DNA from: Camelus ferus
Lineage: Eukaryota
Length of the DNA stretch: 64,000 bases
NCBI RefSeq assembly: GCF_009834535.1
Contig: NC_045697.1
Location: 116,934,001 to 116,998,000, forward strand
Reading direction: 5' to 3'
In this document: positions 63,231 through 64,000 of the stretch, piece after piece
Layout of the letters: each line of letters begins with the position of its first letter
How positions within the stretch are numbered: position 1 is the stretch's first letter
The notes under the pieces: model-generated
Databases searched by the model: none
The model's input: only the letters and a program-made list of their open reading frames with translations
Told to the model about the DNA's origin: nothing
Made by a program: the position numbers and the translations under genes

Positions 63231-63710
63231 TGTGAGAAGCAGTCTCACTTGGAGGCTGCGTTAGAATCGGAGAGAAAGAAAGGAGAGACAGCTCACCAGA
63301 AGAGACAGGTTTATTCTGAGAAACCTTGCCGAGAGGTCTCCAGCCATCCTGGAGCGCACTCTGTTGGTACAGACTTGGTTATTTTATGCCTGGAGGTCGG
63401 AGCTGATTGGTGGGTTCTTATGCAAATACCGGGGTGCTGAGAGGTAAGTTCTGATTGGTGGGTATGCTGAAAGTGAAAGGGGCGTGTCTGAAAGAGAGAG
63501 GGGCGGGGATGAACTTTCCAGCCAGTAGTCCTCACTCAGGTCTGGGGAGGCGGAAGTTGTTATGCAGATAAGGTATGCTGAAGGGTAGATGCTGATTGGT
63601 GGGTTTCACAGAAGGCGGAAGTTGTTACTTGCGGTAGGCTCTGCTTGTTGGGAAATAGCGGTGGATTCGCAAAATGGAGTTTGAGCTTGTCTGTCAGGCT
63701 GAAATTCACA
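63231..63710 (-). mobile_element. ERV solo LTR with intact promoter-like U3 (~480 bp)
   Basis: tgtga...tcaca inverted termini; antisense AATAAA (~63310-63315) and TATA-like cataaaa (~63382-63388); three CCAAT boxes, a GC box, ETS sites and an octamer; caaaatggagt. No clear TSD. Confidence 0.8.
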
Positions 63711-63845
63711 TGTGTCCCAGTTTTACTTTGAGGACTTGAGGGATTTGTATTCTTCCCATGAATTGTAGAGAAACATCAAGACTTTAAAAATGATCCCTTT
63801 TATTATCTTTCACAGCCACAAATTACAATAATATACTCAACAAAC

Positions 63846-64000
63846 TGTTACTGAGTCCAAACTCATTCTGCTTGCAGCACAACAGGTCAATAAATCAGGA
63901 AGCAAGGTGTTGGGGCAAGGAATAGTGACTTTATTCAGAAAGCTGGCAGAGTGTGAAGATGGGGAACTAATGTCCTGGAGAACCATCTTACCCAAGCCAG
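63846..64000 (-). mobile_element. ERV1-like LTR, truncated by the window edge
   Basis: Starts tgttactgag; gtgttggggcaaggaatagtgactttattcagaaagc...gaagatgg...gaaccatct is typical antisense LTR U5/R text. Confidence 0.8.

Noticed and set aside
1..64000. Prokaryotic-type systems (CRISPR array, operon, defence island) or an intact viral/transposase gene
   Set aside because: The sequence is mammalian and repeat-rich; there are no regularly spaced repeats with spacers and the longest ORF is about 150 aa.

Overview
This is mammalian, repeat-rich, apparently non-coding DNA (intergenic or deep intronic). Three tRNA-derived SINEs resembling Vic-1, and no Alu, BovA/BovB, PRE1 or Can-SINE, point to a camelid genome (camel, alpaca or llama; inference). 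I recognise no protein-coding gene, RNA gene or prokaryotic-type system. The only recognisable ORF-track peptides are decayed L1 remnants. Much of the window is interspersed repeats: young 5'-truncated L1 3' ends, old L1M/HAL1 fragments, L2, MIR, MLT1 LTRs, ERV1-like solo LTRs and hAT MITEs (MER20, MER58A, MER5A). Subfamily names are from memory of consensus sequences and boundaries of old elements are approximate. The most notable observations are: a motif-dense, CpG-retaining solo LTR; an old ~1 kb tandem duplication whose second copy preserves the empty SINE site; an L1 with a short 3' transduction; four L1 twin-priming inversions; a probable fossil RTE-X/L4 reverse transcriptase; three RFX X-box palindromes; and several isolated, unverified splice-site pairs. 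I found no evidence of a genuinely new biological system.
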